64,000 nt of DNA from an uncultured bacterium. Lineage in GTDB: Bacteria; Chlamydiota; Chlamydiia; Chlamydiales; JAAZZY01. Of the stretch, positions 18,645 to 28,546 are shown piece by piece (position 1 is the first letter of the stretch; the number at the start of each line of letters is the position of its first letter). The notes under the pieces were generated by a model that ran no database searches, was not told the origin of the DNA, and was given only the letters and a program-made list of their open reading frames with translations. The stretch is from the NCBI GenBank assembly GCA_964350945.1, contig CAYGLF010000008.1:1702-65701 (forward strand), given 5' to 3'. The translations under genes and the position numbers were made by a program.

Positions 18645-19779
18645 TCAAGTTCTGACGAATAATTTGCTCGATTATTTCTTGAACGCCTTTTAATTGGTCG
18701 TCATAGATATCTGTTTGGTACAACGGTTTGGCTGGTTCATGTTTTGAAAGGATTTCACCTGACAAATCACGAATGTCTACAGACACTTTTGCTGAAAGAC
18801 CCAAACGGAGAGGATATTGCGTAAGCTCTTTTGGATCTAAACGAATCCTAACAGGGACTCGCTGTATAATTTTAATCCAATTTCCTGTTGCGTTCTGTGG
18901 GGGTAACAGAGAAAAAACACTGCCTGTTCCTGGAGATATTCCCATCACATATCCGTCAAATACTGCGTGTCCCTTATACATATCTGTTTTAACTTCGACT
19001 CTCTGCCCCACACGGATACTTGCAAGCTTGCTCTCTTTAAAATTAGCATTCACCCACAAACCATTAAGAGGAACAATGGCTAAAAGAGGCTGTCCAGCAT
19101 CGACGGTTTCACCGACCTGTGCAGATTTTTTAGCTATAAAGCCATCTGCAGGAGCTCTAATCTTTGTATTGCATAAATCAACCCACGCTAATTTAACAGC
19201 ATCTATAGCCTCTAAAACGAGAGGATGCGTCAAAATAGTGACATTATAGGTCTGGGCTTTTGAGATATTCAACGATTCCTCTAAGCGAGTTACCTCTGCT
19301 TGACCTGCCAGTAGATTAGTATAAGACTGCTCATATTCTTCACGAGCAACCCCGCCAATTTCTACAAGTGCCTTGCGATGCTCATAATTCAGTAAAGCTT
19401 GCGCATTCAAAATTTCCTGAACCGCTAGCTGTGCTTCAATTTCTTTTTCTTGGTCAAATATTTGTTGAACCTGCCTCAAAGTGTTGGCAAGAGACGCTTT
19501 ACTTTTTTCAAATCGAAGATAGTAATTGGTGGGATCTAGCGTTGCTAAAACTTGTCCTCGGACCACACAAGCTGTGTCATTGACAGCCATAGTTCGAACA
19601 GCACCGGAGAGTCTTGAAGAGACCTCAATGATATTCCCTTCAACATAAGCATCTGTGGTATGTACGCTGTAGCGCCCCCATTTCATCCAGTACCCTGTCA
19701 CCAGAAGTGCACAGAAAACTACCACCGCAAAAAAGATCCATAGAGACCCTCTTTTATTTTTCTTAGGCTCTTTAGTCAT
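18613..19779 (-). CDS. emrA: Efflux membrane fusion protein (EmrA-like)
   Basis: TTDAYVEGN, WVNANFKE and GSVFSLLPPQNATGNWIKIIQRVPV. Confidence 0.93.
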   Translation of the reverse strand: MTKEPKKNKRGSLWIFFAVVVFCALLVTGYWMKWGRYSVHTTDAYVEGNIIEVSSRLSGAVRTMAVNDTACVVRGQVLATLDPTNYYLRFEKSKASLANTLRQVQQIFDQEKEIEAQLAVQEILNAQALLNYEHRKALVEIGGVAREEYEQSYTNLLAGQAEVTRLEESLNISKAQTYNVTILTHPLVLEAIDAVKLAWVDLCNTKIRAPADGFIAKKSAQVGETVDAGQPLLAIVPLNGLWVNANFKESKLASIRVGQRVEVKTDMYKGHAVFDGYVMGISPGTGSVFSLLPPQNATGNWIKIIQRVPVRIRLDPKELTQYPLRLGLSAKVSVDIRDLSGEILSKHEPAKPLYQTDIYDDQLKGVQEIIEQIIRQNLIGRDGNEIRN

Positions 19780-21283
19780 GGTGCTCCAGCTCCTCTAAAG
19801 CATCTTCTGCCTCTGGGTTGACATAGCCACCCCCCAGTGATTTGATCAAACTCAAAGCGGAAAGTCGATGCATTTTTCCAAGCTCTTGAAGTTGCAATTC
19901 ATCTTGCAAACAACTCAAGTGTGTTTTCAATACCTCATGCAAACTATTTAGTCCAACTTCATATCGCTGTTTAGCAAGTTCAGTAAGATCCCTATTTTTT
20001 TGCATGATTTCCTCTTGGTCTGCTATTTTTTGACTTGAAACTCTAAAGGTGAGGATGCTGTCAACCACCTCTTGAGCAGCCTTTAATAACGTTTGGTTAT
20101 AATCATAGACCGAGAGGTTGTAGCGCCGAACATTGTAATTCAGCTGTGAACGCAGCTGAAGGCCTTTAAAAATAGGCAAAGAAAGACCCGGTAAAATAGA
20201 AGAAAACCACCCTCTGGGCTCAACTAGATTCTCCCATTTTAAATCTAAATAACCCGAAAAGCTCCCCAAGTCGATAGAAGGCATAAAGGCGACCTGTGCT
20301 GATTTAACACGCTTTGAACACGCTTTGACTTTCCATATTTTGGCTACCACGTCCGCTCTTCGCATCAAAAAATTTAAGGGGACTTTTTTAGGAAAAGGAA
20401 AAACAAATCCAAAACTGGTTTCAGGAGCTTGCAAAGACAAAGGAGCCCCCGCAGAGAGGCCCAAGAGTGTCTGCAACTGACTGATTGATAACGCAATCTG
20501 CTCTGAGGTTACTGCCAGCTCTTTGGTTTGATTGAGGATCTGTTTTTGCTGCTCTAAAACAGTTCGATCATCAACCAGCCCTTGGCTCATTTGCCCTTCA
20601 AAAAGTGCTAGCAGCTTTTGGTGATCCTCTAAAAGTAACTCTTGAATATTTTGGATCGCAAGGCTTTGCTGCCAATTAAAATATGCTTGAGCAATTTGGG
20701 TGCTTAACAAAAGGCGACACTGACATGCTTCAGCAGCTTGCATACTCACTTCACTAACGGCTGCTTTATAAAGGTTTCTCTGCTTGCCAAATAAATCAAG
20801 CCGCCATTTGAAGTTGAGAAAAAAAGACAGAAAATTAATCCACTTAGGAATGACCTCATTGGGAAGCTGTGGAACGGAGGGACCAACTTTACGATCGTGC
20901 CAGGAAAAGCCTGCAAGAAGCTCTTGAAAATCTAAATCCACAGAGGGAAGCAAGGGGGCAAAGGTTTGGCGAGCCCCCTCATGGGCCATATAAACCCTTT
21001 CTTGAGCGATCAATAATGAAGGACTTTTTTCAAAGGCTTGTTCAATCAAGGTGGTCAGCTGCTGATCTTGAAAAAGCTCCCACCAGTTTTCATCAATCCA
21101 ACTTGCCGCGATAAAGGTATTCTCTTCAAAAGCGTGGTCTATTACTGGCCCCATCTCAAGCGAAGCTGTAGGAGTCATTGCTTTTTCTTGAAAGTAACAC
21201 CCTCCCATCACCATTGCTATAATGGCAACGCAGAGGGTCAACCCCCATGGCCGATGCCTATAAAAAAAGGGAAAAATCCCCAT
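19772..21283 (-). CDS. Efflux outer-membrane factor lipoprotein (NodT/OprM-like)
   Basis: Lipobox GGC, WWELFQD.QL..LIEQA, DLFGK and LIKSLGGG. Confidence 0.88.
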   Translation of the reverse strand: MGIFPFFYRHRPWGLTLCVAIIAMVMGGCYFQEKAMTPTASLEMGPVIDHAFEENTFIAASWIDENWWELFQDQQLTTLIEQAFEKSPSLLIAQERVYMAHEGARQTFAPLLPSVDLDFQELLAGFSWHDRKVGPSVPQLPNEVIPKWINFLSFFLNFKWRLDLFGKQRNLYKAAVSEVSMQAAEACQCRLLLSTQIAQAYFNWQQSLAIQNIQELLLEDHQKLLALFEGQMSQGLVDDRTVLEQQKQILNQTKELAVTSEQIALSISQLQTLLGLSAGAPLSLQAPETSFGFVFPFPKKVPLNFLMRRADVVAKIWKVKACSKRVKSAQVAFMPSIDLGSFSGYLDLKWENLVEPRGWFSSILPGLSLPIFKGLQLRSQLNYNVRRYNLSVYDYNQTLLKAAQEVVDSILTFRVSSQKIADQEEIMQKNRDLTELAKQRYEVGLNSLHEVLKTHLSCLQDELQLQELGKMHRLSALSLIKSLGGGYVNPEAEDALEELEHHD

Positions 21284-21336
21284 CTTGTAGCCTCCTTATC
21301 AGTTATGGGGATATAGCTGTTTATTAATAAGTTGAA

Positions 21337-21359
21337 AAGCTGTTTTTAAAAAACAGCTT
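21337..21359. promoter_or_regulatory. Perfect 11-1-11 palindrome, candidate operator
   Basis: AAGCTGTTTTT-A-AAAAACAGCTT lies between the divergent efflux operon and pabC. A half-site AGCTGTTT lies at about 21315. Confidence 0.5.
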
Positions 21360-21435
21360 AAATTATAATATCTGTGGTTGATAATATAATTAAAAAGTTA
21401 AAAATTACTTAATTAATAAAATAAATTCTGAGAAA

Positions 21436-22152
21436 ATGTCACAGCCTCTTAAAATTTTCACAACTCTTAAAGTGCGCAATCAAACACCCATAGCGCTAAT
21501 GTCTCACCTAGAAAAATTATCTTTTGCTGCTCAAAAAATTTTTGGCTACCCCCTAGACCTCTCCCCTCAACGTGTGCTAGATGCCCTTAAGGATCCTCTA
21601 TACAAAACGGGTGTGTGGCGCCTAAATATTATTGTAAGCAGCTCGGTTTCATTGAAAATCACCCCCTACCAAGAATCTGATTCCCAAGAAATAACATTAA
21701 AAACTTTCCAAAATAGATACCAAGAACCTTTTGCATTTGTTAAAAAGCTCCCTTTTAAGCGGCATCTTTTCTTAAAACAGGCAAGGCTACTGGGCTATGA
21801 TGATTATATATTTCTAAGCCAAGAGGGCGAATTTTTAGAAACGAGTGTCAGCAACCTTTTTTGGATAAAGGGCAACACACTCTATACCCCCTGCCCCTCA
21901 CTCTCCTTATACTCAGGGTGTACACTTAGTCACATCATCATTGCTGCTCAAAATCTAGGACTAGAAATTAAAAAAGTGAAAGAAAAAAGGCTAGAAAAGC
22001 TTTTACAAAGCTTTGTATTTATCTGTAATTCTATGAAAGATTTTCAAGCGGTAAGCTCTATAGACGAGCACCTTTTAAAAATAGATCCAAATCTTATGGT
22101 GAAACTGCAGAAGAGCTACGAGCTTGTAGTGGAAGAAGCAACTGCTCTTTAA
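21436..22152 (+). CDS. pabC: PLP-dependent class IV enzyme, probable aminodeoxychorismate lyase
   Basis: IFTT...HLEKL, a candidate PLP lysine (VKK), ETSVSNLFW, SGCT and FICNS. pabB lies nearby. Confidence 0.65.
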   Translation: MSQPLKIFTTLKVRNQTPIALMSHLEKLSFAAQKIFGYPLDLSPQRVLDALKDPLYKTGVWRLNIIVSSSVSLKITPYQESDSQEITLKTFQNRYQEPFAFVKKLPFKRHLFLKQARLLGYDDYIFLSQEGEFLETSVSNLFWIKGNTLYTPCPSLSLYSGCTLSHIIIAAQNLGLEIKKVKEKRLEKLLQSFVFICNSMKDFQAVSSIDEHLLKIDPNLMVKLQKSYELVVEEATAL

Positions 22153-23839
22153 GCCACGCGTCTATTTTATGAAGTGGTAGACTTATTTTTTCACCTCCAC
22201 GCGGCTCTACCTCAATCATCTGATCCTCTAAAAATTGCTTCCCAACAATCCATTTAAAAGGGATTCCAATCAAGTCGCTGTCGCGCAATTTATAGCCGAG
22301 TCGCTCTCTGCGATCATCAAAAAGAACTTCAATTCCCTTCTCTAAAAGAGTCGAATAGACTTTTTCAACTGCCATTTTCTGCTCATCATCTTTAATATTC
22401 ACTGGCGTTAAAAAAATGTGATATGGAGCTATAGCTAGTGGCCATACAATTCCCACCTCATCGCATTTCTGCTCAACAGCTCCCTGAATACAACGTCCAA
22501 CACCCATGCCATAACAACCCATTAAAAATGGTTTGCTAGCCCCTGCCTCATCTTGGTAAAAAGCTTCTAGATGGTTAGAATATTTATCTCCAAGGTTGAA
22601 AATATGCCCCACTTCAATCCCACGCTTTTCAGAATAAACTTCTCCGTTTAATGGACATATATCTCCCTGAACGGCTTGAGCAAAGTCTGCAAATTCAAAA
22701 GTTTTACAATCGCGCTTCCAGTCTACATTTTTGTAATGTGTATCTTTACGGTTGGCTCCACACATAAAAGCATTCATCTCTTTGCAGGTATTGTCTGCAA
22801 TAAAATCAAGAGGACACTCAACGGGCCCTATAAATCCTATTTCTAGGTGAAGCTCTTTGTTGAGTTCTTCGTCGGTCGCAAGACGAACTTCTAAAGCATT
22901 GAAATGATTTTCAAGTTTGATCTCATTAATATCTCGATCCGAACGGATTCCAACTGCAACAAATTCAGTGCGATCGCTATACGTGAGTTTATAGACAAGT
23001 GTCTTGAGCATCATCTCTTTGGGCTGCTTAACAAATTCCACTTGCTGTTGAATCGTTTTAATACCTGGAGTTGAAAACTCTTCAAGAGGTAGTTTGCCCT
23101 CAGGATATTTAAATGAGGTAGGCTTACAGGGAGCTTTTTCGCTGTTAAATGCTAAGTCTCCGGCTATTAAAAGGGTGTCTTCCCCGATATCTGCCAGCAG
23201 CTGAAATTCCTCCGATTTGCCACTTCCAATTTTTCCAGAATCTGCTTGGACAATCACATAGTCTAAATCCAAGCGCTTCAAAATATGCTGGTAAGCACGT
23301 CGCATTTTTTGATATTCATGTTCCATTTGCTCCGTATTCGAGCAAAAGCTGTAGGCATCTTTCATCACAAATTCTTTGGCACGCATCAAACCAAAGCGAG
23401 GGCGAATTTCATCACGAAATTTATTGGAAATTTGAAATAGATTAACTGGAAGCATCTTGTAACTGGTAATCCAGTTTTTAACAAGATGGGTGATTGCCTC
23501 CTCGTGAGTGGGAGCTAAACATCCCTCATTGTGATCCCGATCCTGTACGATATACATGAGCTTTTCAGCTTTGTAAGCTTCCCATCTTCCGGAAGCTTCC
23601 CAGATACTTTTAGAGTGCATCTGCGGTAAAATAACTTCCTGAGAGCCTTCTTTTTGCATTTCCTGACGAATGACTTCTTTCATCTTCGAAAAAACGCGCA
23701 TCATGAGAGGAGTAAATGTAAAGTGTCCTCGATGAAGTCTTTTGATATAACCTGCTTGCTCTAAAAGCTGATGGGAGGGAATATCGGCATCATGAGGGGC
23801 TTGCTTAAAAGTCTTGAAAAAAAGATGTGAAAGGCGCAT
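22094..23839 (-). CDS. proS: Proline--tRNA ligase (bacterial type with editing domain)
   Basis: LAPTHEE, KFRDEIRPRFGLMRAKEFVMKDAYSF, GIEVGHIF and MGCYGMGVGR. Confidence 0.97.
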   Translation of the reverse strand: MRLSHLFFKTFKQAPHDADIPSHQLLEQAGYIKRLHRGHFTFTPLMMRVFSKMKEVIRQEMQKEGSQEVILPQMHSKSIWEASGRWEAYKAEKLMYIVQDRDHNEGCLAPTHEEAITHLVKNWITSYKMLPVNLFQISNKFRDEIRPRFGLMRAKEFVMKDAYSFCSNTEQMEHEYQKMRRAYQHILKRLDLDYVIVQADSGKIGSGKSEEFQLLADIGEDTLLIAGDLAFNSEKAPCKPTSFKYPEGKLPLEEFSTPGIKTIQQQVEFVKQPKEMMLKTLVYKLTYSDRTEFVAVGIRSDRDINEIKLENHFNALEVRLATDEELNKELHLEIGFIGPVECPLDFIADNTCKEMNAFMCGANRKDTHYKNVDWKRDCKTFEFADFAQAVQGDICPLNGEVYSEKRGIEVGHIFNLGDKYSNHLEAFYQDEAGASKPFLMGCYGMGVGRCIQGAVEQKCDEVGIVWPLAIAPYHIFLTPVNIKDDEQKMAVEKVYSTLLEKGIEVLFDDRRERLGYKLRDSDLIGIPFKWIVGKQFLEDQMIEVEPRGGEKISLPLHKIDAWLKEQLLLPLQARSSSAVSP

Positions 23840-23870
23840 AAGTATATTTTTTTTAACCGCATGTTATCAA

Positions 23871-25157
23871 ATGTCGCGCCTCTTTTCAATCTCAATTATC
23901 TTTTTATGGATCTTTAATATTTTTCTGCCAGCTACTGTTTATGCAAAAAACTTATTTGAAGACGCTTCTGACTTTGAAATGCATCAATATACTTGGTCCA
24001 AAGAGCAAGTTGAAGAAAAAATTCAGACGATGCTTCAAAAAGATCCACAGATTGAAAATTGGTACCAGCTGGATACTAAGGGACTTTATATTTTTGCAAA
24101 CCCTGAGGACAAGCTAAATAACCTGCCAGAATTTACTCTTTATTTTGGAGATAAAAAACCTCTTTTAACCGCCTTACCTGCTTTTGATAACCCTCACTTA
24201 CCACTCAAAGGGCTACGTGTTGCCATAGACCCAGGACATATGGGTGGGCAATATGCAAAAATTGAAGAGAAATACATCGACTTAGACCTCCCCCACAAAA
24301 ACAATGAAAACCTTTCATTTGATGAGGGAACTTTAACAGTAACCACAGCCAAGCTCTTAGCTCAAAAGCTTGAAGCCATGGGCGCAAAAGTTTTTTTAAC
24401 TAAAAGCTCTCCCGGAGAAGCAGCCTATCCCCTCTCTTTTCAACAGTGGGTAGAAAAAGATTTTGCACAGGCTGTAGAAAATATGGTTGCTCTGAGAACA
24501 GACCCTTTGATCCAGCAACAAGAAAGGGAGTGGTGGCAAGAGAGGGCAACCGCTACAGAAATCTTTAAATCTACCTATAATTTTTTGGATCTTAATAGAA
24601 GAGCTGAGCTAATCAATGCTTTCAATCCCCACCTGACCGTTAGCTGTCACTATAACTTAGGAGGCATCTACGATCGTGATGGGAAAACACCTGGCACACA
24701 AACAGACTACACCCTTTTCTTTGTCCCTGGAGCATTTAAGCGCGGCAGTATGAAAGATGAGGCGTACCGCAACTCTTCATTAAAAAATGCACGCTCTCGC
24801 TATGAATTTGTCCGTCTTTTAGTCACCGATGACATTGAGAAATCCATTGACCTTGCTCAAATTGCCCGTAAACACACACAAAACACCCTCCGACTCCCAA
24901 TGGGCGATGATTGTAGCTATTTAAACGTTCTTTGCTTGAAGGCGCAATCGGGTATTTACCACCGCAATCTAACCCTCCTCCGACTTGTTCATGGCCCTGT
25001 TTTATATGCAGAGCCCCTTTGCCAAGACAACTTTGAAAATGCTCAAAAATTTGCCCACAATCCCTTAGAAATTATTGATCCAATTGTTAGAGTCTACTTA
25101 AGATCGATTACCGACTGGGCACACAAACATCAAAAAAACGTTTCTCGAAAAAATTAA
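23871..25157 (+). CDS. Secreted N-acetylmuramoyl-L-alanine amidase (Amidase_3-like)
   Basis: Signal peptide from ATG 23871. Zn/catalytic pattern AIDPGH..., E, RRAELIN, SCHYN and YAEP. Confidence 0.75.
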   Translation: MSRLFSISIIFLWIFNIFLPATVYAKNLFEDASDFEMHQYTWSKEQVEEKIQTMLQKDPQIENWYQLDTKGLYIFANPEDKLNNLPEFTLYFGDKKPLLTALPAFDNPHLPLKGLRVAIDPGHMGGQYAKIEEKYIDLDLPHKNNENLSFDEGTLTVTTAKLLAQKLEAMGAKVFLTKSSPGEAAYPLSFQQWVEKDFAQAVENMVALRTDPLIQQQEREWWQERATATEIFKSTYNFLDLNRRAELINAFNPHLTVSCHYNLGGIYDRDGKTPGTQTDYTLFFVPGAFKRGSMKDEAYRNSSLKNARSRYEFVRLLVTDDIEKSIDLAQIARKHTQNTLRLPMGDDCSYLNVLCLKAQSGIYHRNLTLLRLVHGPVLYAEPLCQDNFENAQKFAHNPLEIIDPIVRVYLRSITDWAHKHQKNVSRKN

Positions 25158-25170
25158 TACAGGACACCTT

Positions 25171-25776
25171 ATGCGCATTTTAATTGTTGGAGGCACTGGC
25201 CTTATTGGAAAAGCGGTAGCCAAAGAACTTAAGAAGCTAGATCACGAGGTTTTAATTGCTTCTCGCTCTGATAAGAAGTTCTCTGTTGATTTAAGTTCTC
25301 CAACCTCGATTGAGCGCATGTACCAACAAGCTCCTGGCCTGGATGCGGTTATTTCAGTGCCTGCTTCTAACTCACGCTTTGCACCTGTCTCTGAGTTGTC
25401 ACCACAAGATATGGAGCAGGGGCTACAGGTAAAGTGCCTCGGTCAAATCAATCTCGTTTTAATCGGTCAAAAATATTTAAATAAAGAGGGCTCATTTACC
25501 CTTACAACAGGTATTTTGAGTACCGACTACATTCCAAACGCGTCGATTAGCTGCACCATTAATAATGCCGTTGAAGGATTTGTTAAAAGTGCTTCTTTAG
25601 ATCTTAGCAATCATTTGCGCCTAAACGCAGTGAGCCCCAATGTGATTACGGAAGCACTCGACAGACTCGGAGACACTTTTAAGGGATACAAAGGTGTCAG
25701 CCTTCATGAAGCAGCACTAGGTTATGTAAGAGCCGTTGAAGGAATTATCAACGGCCATATTATCCGTGTGTGGTAA
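25171..25776 (+). CDS. Short-chain dehydrogenase
   Basis: GGTGLIG Rossmann motif, K.LGQINLV, GSFTLTTG and RLNAVSP. Confidence 0.88.
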   Translation: MRILIVGGTGLIGKAVAKELKKLDHEVLIASRSDKKFSVDLSSPTSIERMYQQAPGLDAVISVPASNSRFAPVSELSPQDMEQGLQVKCLGQINLVLIGQKYLNKEGSFTLTTGILSTDYIPNASISCTINNAVEGFVKSASLDLSNHLRLNAVSPNVITEALDRLGDTFKGYKGVSLHEAALGYVRAVEGIINGHIIRVW

Positions 25777-25777
25777 T

Positions 25778-28318
25778 TTAAAATAACCACTCGAATTTAA
25801 GCTTCACGATATACACTTGTAATCTGCTTAAAACATCTGCTTCAAAATTCACACGTCCTACAAAGAAGTTACACTGCTGCAGTATGATATCAGCTCCTAA
25901 TACCAGCTGATTTTTGGTCTTTGCATTCCCTTCGATATTAAAAAAGAGATTGGATGGAGCATTTTCATAGCGAGCACTTAGCGATTGATCTCCTAGAGGA
26001 ATATTGGCAAGCCACCCCACATACACTTTGGGAGCCAAGTACCAAACAGGATTTTGAAACTCTTGCAAAAGATTGAAACGAAAACTAGGTTGCATTACGT
26101 TATTTACACTTTCTTTAACGTCTAAGTTGATCCCTCCAGCACCTGTCTCTTTGTAGGCATCTGTAAACATCGCTGCGTAGTTTAGGGTAACCTCTGGTTG
26201 TACCCACACACTTTGACTTACTTCAACTCTCATTCCCCCATTGAGACGACCAACCAGGTCGTAGCTATTGTAGCTGCTTTTAGCAACGCGCTCAACACCA
26301 GTAAAAGAGATCCGGCGATCAGTGTTGTGGAAGTTAAAGCCGGCCATGAGCATAGCATTTGCAAAAGTATGTTCATCAAACCACCCAAAGAAAGGAGCTA
26401 CATACAAACTGCTCCAATCGGCATTCCCAAAATTCTCTTTCCATTTTAGGTTTGAGTGTGTGTAACCTATACCCCCCTCTATTACAAAGCGATTATCTAG
26501 AACTTGGTTATAGCCCAATCCCGCTCCATAAGTGTAAGACTTATACCCCACTTGCCAGTTGTTATCCGTTTTCCCCTGACTATCTTGGTCAATGAAGATT
26601 GCAAGAGGCTCTAAAAACAACCCGGTTTGTGGGCGTGCAAATAAAGGAGCTTGTGATCGCGCCGCTTGAACAGTCGCCTGATCTTGTGTCTTTATATTAT
26701 CTTGAAATTGCTTATCCAACGTCAGCGCCATTTGCCATAAGGTTTGCTGCTTAGATCTAGGAATAGAGGTAAACGGTAAAGTTGAAGTGCTCAGTGCTTT
26801 GACTAAAAAATTAGAACTGGGCAGTTTCATAAGCGCTGATATCACCACATTTAAGTCCGCGCTTGCATTAGATACGCTTAGGTTAGAAGTATAATTTACT
26901 ATTTTGCTAGCGTTCCCTGTCAAGCTTTGGATTGAAACAGGAGTTATTACAAACGGTTGAATTGTTATCAGTTTCAAAGTTGTAACTCCATTTATACTGA
27001 CTGATTTGGTAAAGAAACTTGCATAATTACCCGTAAGAATTGAGCCGTCGGTCAATGAGGATCCTATAAGCACTGGATACTCTAATCCAGCTGCATACAA
27101 CCCAGAAGCTGGCTGTGGTGTTATGGTTGAGCCGGCAGCTAGAGTTGCAGTTCCTGTTACAGCAAGTTGATTGGTTGCTGTAGAGCTTAGCGGGACTAAT
27201 AAATCTGCTCCCAAGCTTTGAGTGTAATCGCCTGTGACGGTCAAAACACTGCCTACACTATTTCCTGGTTGAACCGTCCCGTTGTTTGTTAGACTCCCCT
27301 GCGCAATGCTCGCATTACCCATTAAAAGGCCACCTTCATCTACAATAAAAGTGGTCCCTGCTGAATTAAGATTTCCTTGAACATCGAGAGTCGCAGGATT
27401 GTTAACCGTCACCTGTCCTGAAAAAGTACTTCCAGATGGTGGAATAAGCGTGGTTGTATTAGAACCAGCAATGGTGATATCACCACCTGATATAAGCTGA
27501 TTCGTATACGTGCGATCTTGATTAGGGTTAAATATTAGAGTCCCGCCAATGGATATAGAATTTGACAAGCTTGCTTGAATCTCAGCAAAGGAACCACTGT
27601 TGATAACAAAATCAAAGGATTCGACATCTTTTTTAAAAATCGTCCTTTTGTCAAAAGAGTTAGACGAAATAGAAAAGTTATTGGCATTTCCATCTTCAAG
27701 GATAGGGACGTCAATGTTTTGGGCCTCTTCACTTAAATTATTAAATGTCAAAATTGAGGCAAAACCTGGAGCATTTGCGATCATACTCCCTCCATCGAAA
27801 ATCACATCGCCCCCAAAGGTTAATGATGAAGCTCCAATGAATAAGTTTGCACCACTACCACCTGTTACAGCCCCATCTAATTGCCAGCTCCAAAATTCCA
27901 GCAAACTATCTACTCTAGGAATGTGAACCTCTTTTCCAGCAGGAATATTTATATTGCACGCTAAAGTTGGGGAATAGTCGCTATCACTTGAAGTAGCTTC
28001 TATCCCACTATCTTCCCCTTGCCCGGAAAATGTTAGGGTCACATTACTTTCCCCTATAGTAAGGCTTCCTAAACTTACATCTATATTAAGCTTATCTAAA
28101 GTGATATCCTGAAGCATCTGAATATTTTGATCAGTTTCACTTGAAGAGATAGATGCTCTGTCATTATTTGCGTTAGGGTACCCTGCATCTAAATCCCAAT
28201 TAGCGGGAGTTGTCCAGACAGCATTATTGACACCATCCCATGAATAATCTGTGGCCATTAAAGTTGAACTAAAAATATTTAATAGCAAAAAGCTAAAAAT
28301 GAAAAAATGGTGCTTCAT
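25778..28318 (-). CDS. Autotransporter (type Va)
   Basis: Signal peptide, G/S/T/N-rich beta-helix passenger (VQPGNSVG..LTVTGDYTQ), and a C-terminal barrel of about 280 aa ending FEWLF. Confidence 0.88.
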   Translation of the reverse strand: MKHHFFIFSFLLLNIFSSTLMATDYSWDGVNNAVWTTPANWDLDAGYPNANNDRASISSSETDQNIQMLQDITLDKLNIDVSLGSLTIGESNVTLTFSGQGEDSGIEATSSDSDYSPTLACNINIPAGKEVHIPRVDSLLEFWSWQLDGAVTGGSGANLFIGASSLTFGGDVIFDGGSMIANAPGFASILTFNNLSEEAQNIDVPILEDGNANNFSISSNSFDKRTIFKKDVESFDFVINSGSFAEIQASLSNSISIGGTLIFNPNQDRTYTNQLISGGDITIAGSNTTTLIPPSGSTFSGQVTVNNPATLDVQGNLNSAGTTFIVDEGGLLMGNASIAQGSLTNNGTVQPGNSVGSVLTVTGDYTQSLGADLLVPLSSTATNQLAVTGTATLAAGSTITPQPASGLYAAGLEYPVLIGSSLTDGSILTGNYASFFTKSVSINGVTTLKLITIQPFVITPVSIQSLTGNASKIVNYTSNLSVSNASADLNVVISALMKLPSSNFLVKALSTSTLPFTSIPRSKQQTLWQMALTLDKQFQDNIKTQDQATVQAARSQAPLFARPQTGLFLEPLAIFIDQDSQGKTDNNWQVGYKSYTYGAGLGYNQVLDNRFVIEGGIGYTHSNLKWKENFGNADWSSLYVAPFFGWFDEHTFANAMLMAGFNFHNTDRRISFTGVERVAKSSYNSYDLVGRLNGGMRVEVSQSVWVQPEVTLNYAAMFTDAYKETGAGGINLDVKESVNNVMQPSFRFNLLQEFQNPVWYLAPKVYVGWLANIPLGDQSLSARYENAPSNLFFNIEGNAKTKNQLVLGADIILQQCNFFVGRVNFEADVLSRLQVYIVKLKFEWLF

Positions 28319-28546
28319 AAATTACTCCAATAAAAATTTGAAGATATTTTTAACACGATCTAGACAATGATTTAAAGCTAATAATTGGGACTCTAAACTA
28401 GATCAATACAACGTCCACAAGGTCCATCATGGATTAAACTAAGAGCTGAGATGTAAAATTTAAAAACTTTATGTTGAGCTAAGTGATTAGATCAAGGGCA
28501 AGGCTTAAAAAAGCGATGCCCTATACTGGGTAATACTAAAAGACTT

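Noticed and set aside
18728-19249. 173-aa ORF antisense to emrA, and similar ORFs such as 59832-60293 and 31754-32149
   Set aside because: They lie fully within well-supported genes, lack RBS or recognisable motifs, and are typical shadow frames.
28319-28546. Recurring TAGATC/GATCTA words upstream of the autotransporter
   Set aside because: They are too short and irregularly spaced to call a binding-site array.
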